From a virus (taxonomy: Duplodnaviria; Caudoviricetes): a stretch of 64,000 nt of DNA. A program made the translations under genes and the position numbers. Positions 45,140 through 54,179 of the stretch are shown in pieces. Under the pieces are notes generated by a model that ran no database searches, was not told the origin of the DNA, and worked only from the letters and a program-made list of their open reading frames with translations. The stretch lies in IMG/VR virus record IMGVR_UViG_3300033066_001295, positions 1 to 64,000 of that record; one strand, given 5' to 3'. Numbering within the stretch: the stretch's first letter is position 1; the number at the start of each line of letters is the position of its first letter.

Positions 45140-47815
45140 TTAGGCTTCTCCAAGGTCTGCGGCGATGAACTCTTCGACATTTGCGCCCGATGGGAGGAGA
45201 GTGAAGTCGAGGATGATCTTCTCCGCTGTCTTCACCGGGATGATGTAGATTTTCGCAGCCATTTCATTATTATTCCTGCGTGAAGCCGGGTTGGTCGATT
45301 CGTCACAGATGACGCGGTACCATTCGAGTGCCCTGCGTCCACGAAGGTCCTTGAAGAATGGTTCAACAAGGTTGCGGAACTGCGCCCAGAGGATTGGGTC
45401 ATTCTGCTCAAACACCAGCTTGCGGGCGGCAGATGCCACTGTCTTCTCGATGTAGAAAAGAAGGCGGCGGACGTTAACCCTGTCAAGAGACGAAGGCGTG
45501 CGCTGAAGGGTCCTCTGACCGAACACCACAATGCCATCTTTCGGGAACTGGGCGATGGGGTTGAGGGCGTTGCCATTTCCGGGACCGTACATCTGCTCGA
45601 TGTGGCCTTTGGAAACAACTGTTTCAACAGCACGTGCATTTGGCACCGTACCACGGTTGATACCGGCAGGAGCATACCACACCTCACTTGTGAAGTCACT
45701 GTGGGCAATGACAGCAGGGATGATGGCAGTAGGCGGCAGCCAGATGTCAGACCTTGTGTAGGGGTCATACTGCTTCACCCAAGGGTAGTAGGCGGCAGCA
45801 CGATTGGTGGCAAAGGCAGCATGGTCACCTGTGTAAGTGCCCTGACCGTTGTGCCAGTCAATGGCTTCCTGAACTGACAGACCGAGAGGGGTGTCAATCA
45901 AGCCAAGACAATCATTGCGGTCATCACAGACATCAATGATCTCTGTTATAACACTGCTCAGAGTTACACCCGGAACACACAGGAGGTTGATGTCCCAAAG
46001 TTCAACCCTGCGGAAGTTCTGAATACCTGTGTAAACACCACCATCAGTGATGGTGCCAATGTAGGCGTCAGCAGTCGGGTTTGAACCATCAACACCACGA
46101 GCATTGTACAATGACTGGGCGGCAGCATTGGCAGTGTTCGCAATCTTAGCGTAGGTTGTGTTGCCAAGAAGCAGCCTTGGGTTGTTGGGGAACTTCACCT
46201 TTTGGTAGGTGCTCATTGGCTGTGCGCCAAGGTTGTCACCAGAACCCAGATACTCAGCATAAACGTAGCCTGAGACAGGGTTTGAAGGGTTGCCAATCAC
46301 CGTATCCCAGAAGTAGTTTGAGGTGTTGTCATGGCCTGACACAGCTTCGTACATTTCCACCTGCCTGCCTTGATAGAAGACACGGACCTGTTTGGTGTGA
46401 AGACCAATTTTCTTCCACTTGCTGTCAGTGGAAGACACAGAAGTGCAGAGGTAAACACCGGCAGGTGCTGGGCGGCTCTTGTTGAGAGCATAACCGAGCG
46501 TGTCACTTGTTCCGGGGGTGGTGAGATAGGTGACTTCAGGGCCAAACTTCAGTGTGCCTGTGGCTGATGCATAGTCAACATCCCAAGCAAGATCAATGTT
46601 GATCACACCTGTGGCAACACTGTTGACCGTGTGAATGCCGTCAAGACCAGTGATGTCAGTTCCAGAGATGAGGACAATGTCAGTAGCAATAACGCCAGAC
46701 GTGACATTGACATTCAGCTTGGTGTACCCGGCATTGCTTGAAGTGCTGGTGATATTGATCGCTCCAGCTAGGTTAGCCAGCCTGATCTTGTCAGTCGTGG
46801 TATTGGTGGAGGAGACATACAAGTCAGTGTCGTCATATGTGCTCGATGAATTGATCACCGTGCCGTTGATGGCAACATTGTCACCCTTTGAGAAGAAGGA
46901 AGCATCATCCACTTCAAAGAGAGCAACACCTGAAGAGTTGCTGATTGAGACAACAGGGGTGTTGAACCAGTCCTTGTTAACACCACGCATTTGCTGACTC
47001 ACCGTCTCAGCCGATGTCATGGCAAAGAGGTCGAGAGGGGAGTCAACTGAAGGGGAGCTTGGGAGAACACCCTCAAGAACTGTGCCGTCATCATCCTCAT
47101 AGGGGCTGCCGGTAGCCGGGTCGATGTTCTTGAAAGCACCACCGTCTGAGATAGTGATCTCAACACCTGAACTTGAGCCGTAGTTGGCCCACGCGCCTGA
47201 ATGACGGGCGGTGAACTTGACCAAGTCGGTGATGGTTGAGTCGTACCGGCCAACAGCGAACACTTCGGCGTTGTTGGCAGCAGCACCTACTGTGCTGTCG
47301 TCAAGGTCGATAACAGCTACAGTTGAGGTGTAGTCCTCAATGTTCAGAAGACGGGTATTGCTGGTAGGGTCAAGCTCAAGAACGGCACCAGTAACACTCG
47401 ACACTTTCAAAGTGTATGAGGTGCGCTTACCAGCTTCACGGATACGAATCCAGTCACCGACAGAAATACCATGGGTAGTGCTCGTCAGCGTGATTGTGTA
47501 GGTGTCAGTGTTGCTGTCATATGAGTATGACAGGAATACGCCCACTTCAAGAGCGTACTCCTTGGCAACCCTCACATAGTAAAGCTGATTTCCCCTGCGG
47601 AGGTAGTTGATGGCAGCATAAGGGCCATACTGGTTCACATCAGGCTCACCGAAGATGTTGAGAAACTCCTCTGGGGTGGTGCAGAGGGTAGGTTCATTAA
47701 GCGGACCCTTCTTGGCAGTGCCAACCATGCCTACTGCCGTCTGACCAAGAGCAGCCACATAGTCGCTGAAATCGCGCTCAAGGATATACACACCGGGTGA
47801 AACAAACTGTGACAT
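45140..47815 (-). CDS. tail sheath protein (gp18-like)
   Basis: SPGVY..E.D.S, GTAKKGP, YYPW, VWYAPAG.NRG, NPI, GQRTL...S.LDRVNVRRL, CDESTN. Confidence 0.95.
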   Translation of the reverse strand: MSQFVSPGVYILERDFSDYVAALGQTAVGMVGTAKKGPLNEPTLCTTPEEFLNIFGEPDVNQYGPYAAINYLRRGNQLYYVRVAKEYALEVGVFLSYSYDSNTDTYTITLTSTTHGISVGDWIRIREAGKRTSYTLKVSSVTGAVLELDPTSNTRLLNIEDYTSTVAVIDLDDSTVGAAANNAEVFAVGRYDSTITDLVKFTARHSGAWANYGSSSGVEITISDGGAFKNIDPATGSPYEDDDGTVLEGVLPSSPSVDSPLDLFAMTSAETVSQQMRGVNKDWFNTPVVSISNSSGVALFEVDDASFFSKGDNVAINGTVINSSSTYDDTDLYVSSTNTTTDKIRLANLAGAINITSTSSNAGYTKLNVNVTSGVIATDIVLISGTDITGLDGIHTVNSVATGVINIDLAWDVDYASATGTLKFGPEVTYLTTPGTSDTLGYALNKSRPAPAGVYLCTSVSSTDSKWKKIGLHTKQVRVFYQGRQVEMYEAVSGHDNTSNYFWDTVIGNPSNPVSGYVYAEYLGSGDNLGAQPMSTYQKVKFPNNPRLLLGNTTYAKIANTANAAAQSLYNARGVDGSNPTADAYIGTITDGGVYTGIQNFRRVELWDINLLCVPGVTLSSVITEIIDVCDDRNDCLGLIDTPLGLSVQEAIDWHNGQGTYTGDHAAFATNRAAAYYPWVKQYDPYTRSDIWLPPTAIIPAVIAHSDFTSEVWYAPAGINRGTVPNARAVETVVSKGHIEQMYGPGNGNALNPIAQFPKDGIVVFGQRTLQRTPSSLDRVNVRRLLFYIEKTVASAARKLVFEQNDPILWAQFRNLVEPFFKDLRGRRALEWYRVICDESTNPASRRNNNEMAAKIYIIPVKTAEKIILDFTLLPSGANVEEFIAADLGEA

Positions 47816-47973
47816 AGCTTTTGTATTTTGATTTGCAGGTCTGGCACTTGAAACACCTGCTCAAAAAATAGATAGTGACGAGCATTTGGTAACAGGCACT
47901 TTTCGCTTCAAACTCCAGTCTTCAGTTAAAAATAGCTTGATAATGCACTGTTATGTCTAACAATATCTGTTAG

Positions 47974-48189
47974 ATGCCAAAGAACATAACAAGAATAGAC
48001 TCTGAAACGGCACATGGGTGGCTTGTCAGAATGCAGCGAAAAAAGAAGAAGCTGGCGAAGTTTTTTTCTGACTATGCTCACGGCGGTGAGGAACCAGCTA
48101 TGAAACAAGCTAAGGAGTTTCTTACCGAGATTGATAACAGCTACTCAACCAGCTTTATCTCAGTCTTTCCAAGTGGACTTGAAAATTGA
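47974..48189 (+). CDS. stand-alone AP2-like DNA-binding protein
   Basis: ITRID....GW.VR......K.FSD..HGG...A...A..F. Confidence 0.65.
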   Translation: MPKNITRIDSETAHGWLVRMQRKKKKLAKFFSDYAHGGEEPAMKQAKEFLTEIDNSYSTSFISVFPSGLEN

Positions 48190-48680
48190 AGTGTGTTCAC
48201 ACGTAGTTCTACACCTTCCAAGAACCTGCCTGTGTACTTTTTACCGGCACCATTTTTAAGGTAGGCTATGGTGAGGTGAGGCTGATACTCGGGGTGGCTG
48301 CTATGGTGCTCAAGACTTGACTTCAAAAGGTTGTTCAGTTTGATTAAGGAGTCAGACTCAACGTCCACTTTCAAAACATCATACTCTTCGTTCTCGAAGA
48401 GTGTTATTTTACCAAGCTTCAGGCTAAAGCATCGTTGGTCTCTGAGCAGGTCCTTAGTCTTGTCTGGTGACTTGTCAAGAATGCCATAGAGTACGGTGAC
48501 ATGGAACTCGTCTTCAAGGCCTTTCTCATTTGGTGACAGGTCTTCAGGGTAGATAAGCTGCTGAAAGCGAGAAATAGCTGAATCAATCTCCTCCGGCAAC
48601 ATGGCCATAACACAGGAGTACTTGTACGCCTCGTTCAAACTGTCTTTTTTATATCCAAAGCACTCCAAAAATCTGAGCAT
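48141..48680 (-). CDS. 2H phosphoesterase, T4 gp57B/Acb1-like
   Basis: Two HxT motifs: HVTVLYG and YQPHLTIAY. Confidence 0.85.
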   Translation of the reverse strand: MLRFLECFGYKKDSLNEAYKYSCVMAMLPEEIDSAISRFQQLIYPEDLSPNEKGLEDEFHVTVLYGILDKSPDKTKDLLRDQRCFSLKLGKITLFENEEYDVLKVDVESDSLIKLNNLLKSSLEHHSSHPEYQPHLTIAYLKNGAGKKYTGRFLEGVELRVNTLQFSSPLGKTEIKLVE

Positions 48681-48694
48681 GTAGATATGTAGTT

Positions 48695-49138
48695 ATGAAA
48701 CGAGTTCTTGTAATTTTGTCGCTCATTCCTTGTTTTGCACTAGCTGGGCCTGTTGAAAAAATAGAGCCACCCGTCATTCAAAACCCATATATCAGCAACA
48801 CAGCATGGGTTGACGTGTTTGGCTTTTGGGATGGTTCTTCAACTGACCTTGGTATTCAAACCACCTACTTCATCAGCAAGTACATCGGAGTAGGGGTTGA
48901 AGCAAGATCACATGATGGGGTTGATGTCGGTGGCTTGATTGTCTTGCGATACCCAGACGAAAAGTTGATCCTAGCACCTTACCTTGTTTTTGCTGCTAGA
49001 AGCAACAATTATGCAGCAGGTGCCGGTTTGAGGGTGGCTCTCGACCATGATTTTGACTTTTTTGTTGAAGGTCGGTATAACTGGGGTGAAGATCAATCAG
49101 CCGAAGTAAGGGCTGGCATAGGTTTTCGATTCTGGTAA
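48695..49138 (+). CDS. outer-membrane beta-barrel protein with signal peptide
   Basis: MKRVLVILSLIPCFALA signal; amphipathic strands; C-terminal AGIGFRFW. Confidence 0.75.
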   Translation: MKRVLVILSLIPCFALAGPVEKIEPPVIQNPYISNTAWVDVFGFWDGSSTDLGIQTTYFISKYIGVGVEARSHDGVDVGGLIVLRYPDEKLILAPYLVFAARSNNYAAGAGLRVALDHDFDFFVEGRYNWGEDQSAEVRAGIGFRFW

Positions 49139-49139
49139 T

Positions 49140-49394
49140 ATGAAACGCAAAGAGCTAAAAGAAGAAATTGTCGATTTTGTAGAGTACGAGCTTAGCATCG
49201 CCTTCGGGGATGATGTTCAGTTCTCGGATTTCCTAGACGAATACCCTCAAAGAGACGAACTTGTCGAGGCATTCAAAAATGCTTGTGAATCAGGCTACTC
49301 TGTTACAGTTCCAGATAGCGCACTTCAATCAGCAGAAACAATTCAGGATGTACTTGACGAATGCATTGATGCTGTTTTAAGTGAGGAAGAATGA
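49140..49394 (+). CDS. acyl-carrier-protein-like acidic protein
   Basis: 84 aa, acidic; E..Y.V.VPD......TI.D pattern of the ACP C-terminus; no DSL motif. Confidence 0.5.
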   Translation: MKRKELKEEIVDFVEYELSIAFGDDVQFSDFLDEYPQRDELVEAFKNACESGYSVTVPDSALQSAETIQDVLDECIDAVLSEEE

Positions 49395-49840
49395 AAGCTT
49401 TCAGCATTACAAGTCAACCAGCAACAAATATTCTGGAGGGCCTTAAAGCCCAGTTTACCTCAAGTATCGAAAAACTTGACTCTATAATGACCGAGTATGG
49501 CCTTGGAAGTGCCATAACTCTCCATGGTCTGATCATAGGATTTCAAAAAGATGGTGTTCTGGAGCCTCATGCCACGGCTGTCACCTTCAATGAGGAGCTT
49601 GGGTATCTAGTTGTTAACAGCGACCACCCAGACGGTGAGGAACTTCAGAAAAAGATACCGAGTATTGAGCCTACGCCTCAAACACTTACTGAGGCTTTTG
49701 GAGGTAAGCCTTTTGAAAAGAACGGCAAGATACATTTTATCTCAGTCAAGTATCTTGGGGACCCGATTTTGTTTGTTCCTGATGGGATGGAGGTTAGCCT
49801 ACCAGAAGGTCTTCAACCAATCAGCCATGTGACTGTTTGA
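49391..49840 (+). CDS. hypothetical protein
   Basis: ATGA-coupled 149 aa ORF. Confidence 0.6.
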   Translation: MKAFSITSQPATNILEGLKAQFTSSIEKLDSIMTEYGLGSAITLHGLIIGFQKDGVLEPHATAVTFNEELGYLVVNSDHPDGEELQKKIPSIEPTPQTLTEAFGGKPFEKNGKIHFISVKYLGDPILFVPDGMEVSLPEGLQPISHVTV

Positions 49841-49870
49841 CATGAAGCTAAATTCTGACATTGTATAACA

Positions 49871-50344
49871 ATGGAGAGCTTAGACGGTGATATTCTTGAC
49901 ATTGCTGAGGGCGTTATCTGCCATCAAGTCAACTGCTTTGGTGTAATGGGTGCTGGTCTCGCAGCTTCTATCCGAAGGGAATATCCTGAAGTGTACGACA
50001 GCTACAGAAAGCTTTGCTACTCCTATGGTGATGAAGACAGATTTAACCTTCTTGGGCAGATTCAAATTGTCCCGGTTGAAAAAAACAAATGGGTGGTGAA
50101 TCTTTTCGGGCAGTATGACATCGGAGGCGAGAGAGCCACTGAATACTGTGCCTTGGCTACAAGTCTGGCAAACCTTCAAGAATGGGCCACAAAAACAGGT
50201 GATGTTATCTGGCTTAAAGAGCCTGTTCCGATATACCTACCATTCAAAATTGGTTGTGGTCTCGGTGGTGGTGACTGGGGTATTGTCAAGAATATCATCT
50301 ATAACAAACTTCCACGAGCCACTATTGTCCGCAAGCGCGACTAA
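49871..50344 (+). CDS. macrodomain protein (Poa1/DarG-like ADP-ribose processing)
   Basis: GDI, HQVNC.GVMGAGLA, NLFGQ, P.KIGCGLGGGDW. Confidence 0.92.
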   Translation: MESLDGDILDIAEGVICHQVNCFGVMGAGLAASIRREYPEVYDSYRKLCYSYGDEDRFNLLGQIQIVPVEKNKWVVNLFGQYDIGGERATEYCALATSLANLQEWATKTGDVIWLKEPVPIYLPFKIGCGLGGGDWGIVKNIIYNKLPRATIVRKRD

Positions 50345-50838
50345 AAGTTAAACGGCTCCAGAAAGTTGTGGATCAATGGTTGAATGCCATTTTTCTGGAC
50401 CAGTCTGGCTACGGTGGTGGTATCCCCGTCTTCAGTGACATTAAAGCTGATGGCCATTCGCACGACTCCTGACTCAGTCACATCATCACTGTCAAGCTCA
50501 AACAGGAAAATGGAGTCGTACGTGAATTTGGCACCCGTAGCTCTACGCACGATGTCAATCACTGGGTGAGAGGACTCTATTGTTGAAGGTGATGTCACGG
50601 AGCCATCAAAAGTGATGGCACCAAACCTAAATTCGTCCTCTGGCGTGACGAAGAGGTAGGCTGTTGGCTTGAAGCAAGGCCTCTCGTCTATTTCCGAGAT
50701 GTCCACTTCAACAATTTTACCTCCGAGTTTGATGAACTGTGAAAATTCATCAAACACTTCCTGTGGTGATGATCGTGTTGTGTGAGCAAGAAGCTGACCC
50801 TTCAGCTTCATCGCGTATGCTTCTTCATTTCTTGTCAT
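50341..50838 (-). CDS. hypothetical protein
   Basis: 165 aa; TAGGTAT 5 nt upstream. Confidence 0.6.
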   Translation of the reverse strand: MTRNEEAYAMKLKGQLLAHTTRSSPQEVFDEFSQFIKLGGKIVEVDISEIDERPCFKPTAYLFVTPEDEFRFGAITFDGSVTSPSTIESSHPVIDIVRRATGAKFTYDSIFLFELDSDDVTESGVVRMAISFNVTEDGDTTTVARLVQKNGIQPLIHNFLEPFNF

Positions 50839-50878
50839 CCTTGATACCTACGTTTTCCCTAGAGATCAAACAATATGT

Positions 50879-50906
50879 TTGACAAATGACTGACTTTTGG
50901 TATTGT
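50879..50906 (+). promoter_or_regulatory. early promoter
   Basis: TTGACA-16 nt (GACTGACTTTTGG)-TATTGT, 7 nt before ATG 50914. Confidence 0.8.
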
Positions 50907-50913
50907 TGTTGCA

Positions 50914-53058
50914 ATGATTATCGAAACGCTCGGTTCGGCCTCCGTTGAAGCCGGTGAAGGATTTGAATCTTCTGATTACACAGTGGACAATGCACTCGCC
51001 ATGCTTGTTCTTCGGGACAAAATTTATGTTCAGCCTCAGCTTGCAGTTGTTCGTGAAGTTATGAGCAACGCTCGTGACGCTAACCGAGAAAATGGCAAAG
51101 CAAAAGTCCCAATTGAGGTTTTCATTGACGAATCAAACCCTGTCTTGATCATCAAGGACAGTGGTATCGGGATCAGCCCTGAACGTCTGAAGTTTTTCAC
51201 GAGATATGGGGGTTCAACCAAGCGCAATGACAACACACAGACAGGCGGATGGGGTCTTGGGTGCAAAAGCCCATTCGCTGTCTCTGACCAGTTCACTGTA
51301 AACACAGTTTGGGCGGATGAAAAAGGTAAGCACCAAGCAACCTACCTGATGTTCATCAATGACAGCAGCTTGAGTTCCCTATCAACTCTGAGCAAAAAGG
51401 ATGTTTCTGACAAAACACCGACCGGCACAGAAATTCATGTCCCTATTCAGCAGGATGATGTGAGACTATTCCGCAGGTATGCTGAAAGTGTTTCCAAATT
51501 TTGGGGTCACCCTTTGGTGAAGGATTCTGTCATGCCCATTCTTCACTGGGCAGCTTTGAAGCCCGTGTACCCTGAAGTTGTTGAAGGGCACAATTACTGT
51601 GAAGGCGAAGGTGTTGTCATTGACGGAATCCATTATGACTTCGACACGGACAAGTTTCTTGAGTTTCCAACCAACTTGAAAAAGGTTGCCAGCAAACTCA
51701 TTTATTTCTTCAATACAGGTGAGATTGATGTCAACCCTACCCGCGAAGACATCAACTACCAGTCTGCCAAGACTTTTGATGCCATCTACTCTAGCGTCAC
51801 CCAAGCTAAGGATGAGATCAAAGCTGAGGTGATGAAAAAGCTCGAAGAATTTAAGGACACCCCTTTGCTCGCAGCCATGTGTCTGTCACAGATGGACGGA
51901 AGACTCAAGATTGTGGCGAGTGAAGTGATGCAGGAGCTTAATCTGCCGTCACTGGATGCCAATATAACAATGGATGATCTGGAACTTTCTGATGAGTTCA
52001 AGATTGTGTCACACAGCACCCTTGTTCCCCTCATGAGCTACCGCAACAAAGCTTTGTCGGTTGATATGAGGGTATGCACAAGAAGCAATTTCAAGCTTGA
52101 GAATGTAGTCTCTGATGATGTAGCCTTGGTGCTTCGAGACCTGAGTGGATCGAAGATCAACACCTATATCCGTGGGGCACTCACCCAGTTTAAGACTGTG
52201 GTCTTGATTCCTACTACCCCAGAGAAAAGTAGCATTGTGGACGGTAAGCCAGTTGTGGTGCCGTCTGACATGGCCAAGATAAAGGACATTATCAGTAAGA
52301 CTACAGGCCTAAAGGACCTGAAACTCTATCTCCTGTCCTCCTTTCAGAAGACTTCACCACCTGTTCACCTGAAAAAGAGAAGCAAGGCTGCCCCAAAGGA
52401 ATTTTTACGGGATGCCAAGAGGGGTATGTCTCTCACTGAACGTGTAGTCACTACCAAGCGTGGTGGAGTGATGGTTGTTTGCCGTTATGGAAATGGATAT
52501 ATCTATGACAAAACTTTTGCAGAAAGCAGGGACAAGCTAAAAGATGCCCCAGACTCAGGGTATAAGTATAACGCTGAAAATCTGCCTGATGATGTGCCTG
52601 TTTATGGTGTCTTGCCGAAGTGTGTGAAATTCCTCAGTGAAGATTGGATCACTCCTTCTGATTTCAGAAAGAAAGCCTACGACAGGAAAAAGTCTCAAAG
52701 CATTGAAAAGGTCATGGCCTTTGAGAAGCTGGATTTCATGCAGTCACTTGACTTGAAAGTCAATTCTTTGAGAGTGTTTGCCAACAAACTGGGTCCGAGC
52801 AAGCTTAGAACTTTCATTCTTGAAGTGTTGGATACCCCTTATGTCAAAATACATGGTAAGGTGGAAGTAGATTATAACGACGAAAACCGTGTTAAAGATC
52901 ACCGGTCATACACTCAAACAGAAGTTGAAGAAGCAGCATATAAGCTGAAGGAGGACATTCTCAAAACTTACCCGTTGCTGAGAGCCTCTCACCCATCGCT
53001 GAACAGGTCCACACTCGAAAAGGAAATCATTCTCTACGTCAGGTCAAAAAAAGCTTGA
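50914..53058 (+). CDS. rIIA: RIIA-like protein (GHKL ATPase)
   Basis: LRDKIY....AVVRE..SNARDA, D.G.GI, STKR, GGWGLG.KSPFA, TGT, GEID..P.RE. Confidence 0.9.
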   Translation: MIIETLGSASVEAGEGFESSDYTVDNALAMLVLRDKIYVQPQLAVVREVMSNARDANRENGKAKVPIEVFIDESNPVLIIKDSGIGISPERLKFFTRYGGSTKRNDNTQTGGWGLGCKSPFAVSDQFTVNTVWADEKGKHQATYLMFINDSSLSSLSTLSKKDVSDKTPTGTEIHVPIQQDDVRLFRRYAESVSKFWGHPLVKDSVMPILHWAALKPVYPEVVEGHNYCEGEGVVIDGIHYDFDTDKFLEFPTNLKKVASKLIYFFNTGEIDVNPTREDINYQSAKTFDAIYSSVTQAKDEIKAEVMKKLEEFKDTPLLAAMCLSQMDGRLKIVASEVMQELNLPSLDANITMDDLELSDEFKIVSHSTLVPLMSYRNKALSVDMRVCTRSNFKLENVVSDDVALVLRDLSGSKINTYIRGALTQFKTVVLIPTTPEKSSIVDGKPVVVPSDMAKIKDIISKTTGLKDLKLYLLSSFQKTSPPVHLKKRSKAAPKEFLRDAKRGMSLTERVVTTKRGGVMVVCRYGNGYIYDKTFAESRDKLKDAPDSGYKYNAENLPDDVPVYGVLPKCVKFLSEDWITPSDFRKKAYDRKKSQSIEKVMAFEKLDFMQSLDLKVNSLRVFANKLGPSKLRTFILEVLDTPYVKIHGKVEVDYNDENRVKDHRSYTQTEVEEAAYKLKEDILKTYPLLRASHPSLNRSTLEKEIILYVRSKKA

Positions 53059-53096
53059 CCATATAACAAAATTCAGTTAATTACAACCCAACATCT

Positions 53097-54179
53097 ATGA
53101 AATACGTCCAGCATATCAAAACTCCTCGCGGCCTCACTATTGTTGCCGTTGATGGCAAAAAAGACGTGGTGAAAACTTTTGAGGCATCCTCAAATGAGTA
53201 TGCCAAGGGCATTGAATTCATCCGTCAAAAGAAGCTGAACAAGCTAGTCGAACTGCTCGTACCGAAGAAGGCACCTGCTGGAGTGAGGGTGGACAAGGAC
53301 GTGGTCTGGTTCAACGGTGAAGAACTGCCGCCTGCTCTCGCAACCAAAGCAAGACAGTTTATCGAAACAGGCACGCCTATTGCCTCATTGAAAGCCTTCT
53401 GGGAACGCTGCAAGAAGAACCCAACTGAGTACAGCCGTCAGTCATTCTATGACTTTGTCGGCAAACACGGGGTAACCATCTTGCCAGATGGGCGTGTCCT
53501 TCTCTACAAGGGTGTCAGAAATGACATGAAAAGCCACTATGATGGGACCACACTCCACACGTTTGGTGTTCCGGTCAAAGTTGACCGTAAGAGGTGTGCT
53601 TCTACCCCACATGATGCTTGTGGTTTCGGTCTTCATTGTGCTCCGTTTGAGTATGTCAAAAACTACTACAGCAGTGGTATCATTATTGAGGTGGTTGTCG
53701 ATCCAGAGCATGTCACCTCTGTGCCAGCCAATGAGCAGAAACTTCGGTGCTGTGAGTATCTGCCGAACTGTATGGCTGACAAAAAGGGTGTTGGTATCAA
53801 AACCGGCTTGGTAACCACAACCAAAAAGGTGACCAAGAAGGCTCCTGAAAAGCCAACTTCCAAGAAGTACACCGTGATTCCATTCCTTGAATCAATCACC
53901 ATTGTCGGGTCACTGATGACTCGTGCAGGGTTCTCCCCGAAACAGAACGTCAAGGTGTGGTCTGGACGTGACAGGGTTATCATCGCACCTGCCTCTATTG
54001 AGGATGATGAGGTAGCTAAGCGTTACAAGGTGAAAGACCCTGTCTTAGCGACCACCAAGGAGTCATGCAGTCTTCGCATCCGGGCACTCATCATGGGCAA
54101 GCACCTTGGTGTGGACCGTAAAGGCCAGTTCAAAGCAACAGTTCTCGAACAGAATGCCATCGCCATCTACAAAAACTAA
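53097..54179 (+). CDS. rIIB: RIIB-like protein
   Basis: FW.R...NP, DG..L.YK.V, CG.GLH, V.P..V.SVP....K.RC. Confidence 0.88.
   Translation: MKYVQHIKTPRGLTIVAVDGKKDVVKTFEASSNEYAKGIEFIRQKKLNKLVELLVPKKAPAGVRVDKDVVWFNGEELPPALATKARQFIETGTPIASLKAFWERCKKNPTEYSRQSFYDFVGKHGVTILPDGRVLLYKGVRNDMKSHYDGTTLHTFGVPVKVDRKRCASTPHDACGFGLHCAPFEYVKNYYSSGIIIEVVVDPEHVTSVPANEQKLRCCEYLPNCMADKKGVGIKTGLVTTTKKVTKKAPEKPTSKKYTVIPFLESITIVGSLMTRAGFSPKQNVKVWSGRDRVIIAPASIEDDEVAKRYKVKDPVLATTKESCSLRIRALIMGKHLGVDRKGQFKATVLEQNAIAIYKN

Noticed and set aside
45232-47286. Antisense and alternate-frame ORFs inside the sheath (likewise capsid, polymerase, portal)
   Set aside because: Fully nested in well-supported genes and lack motifs; explained by codon bias.
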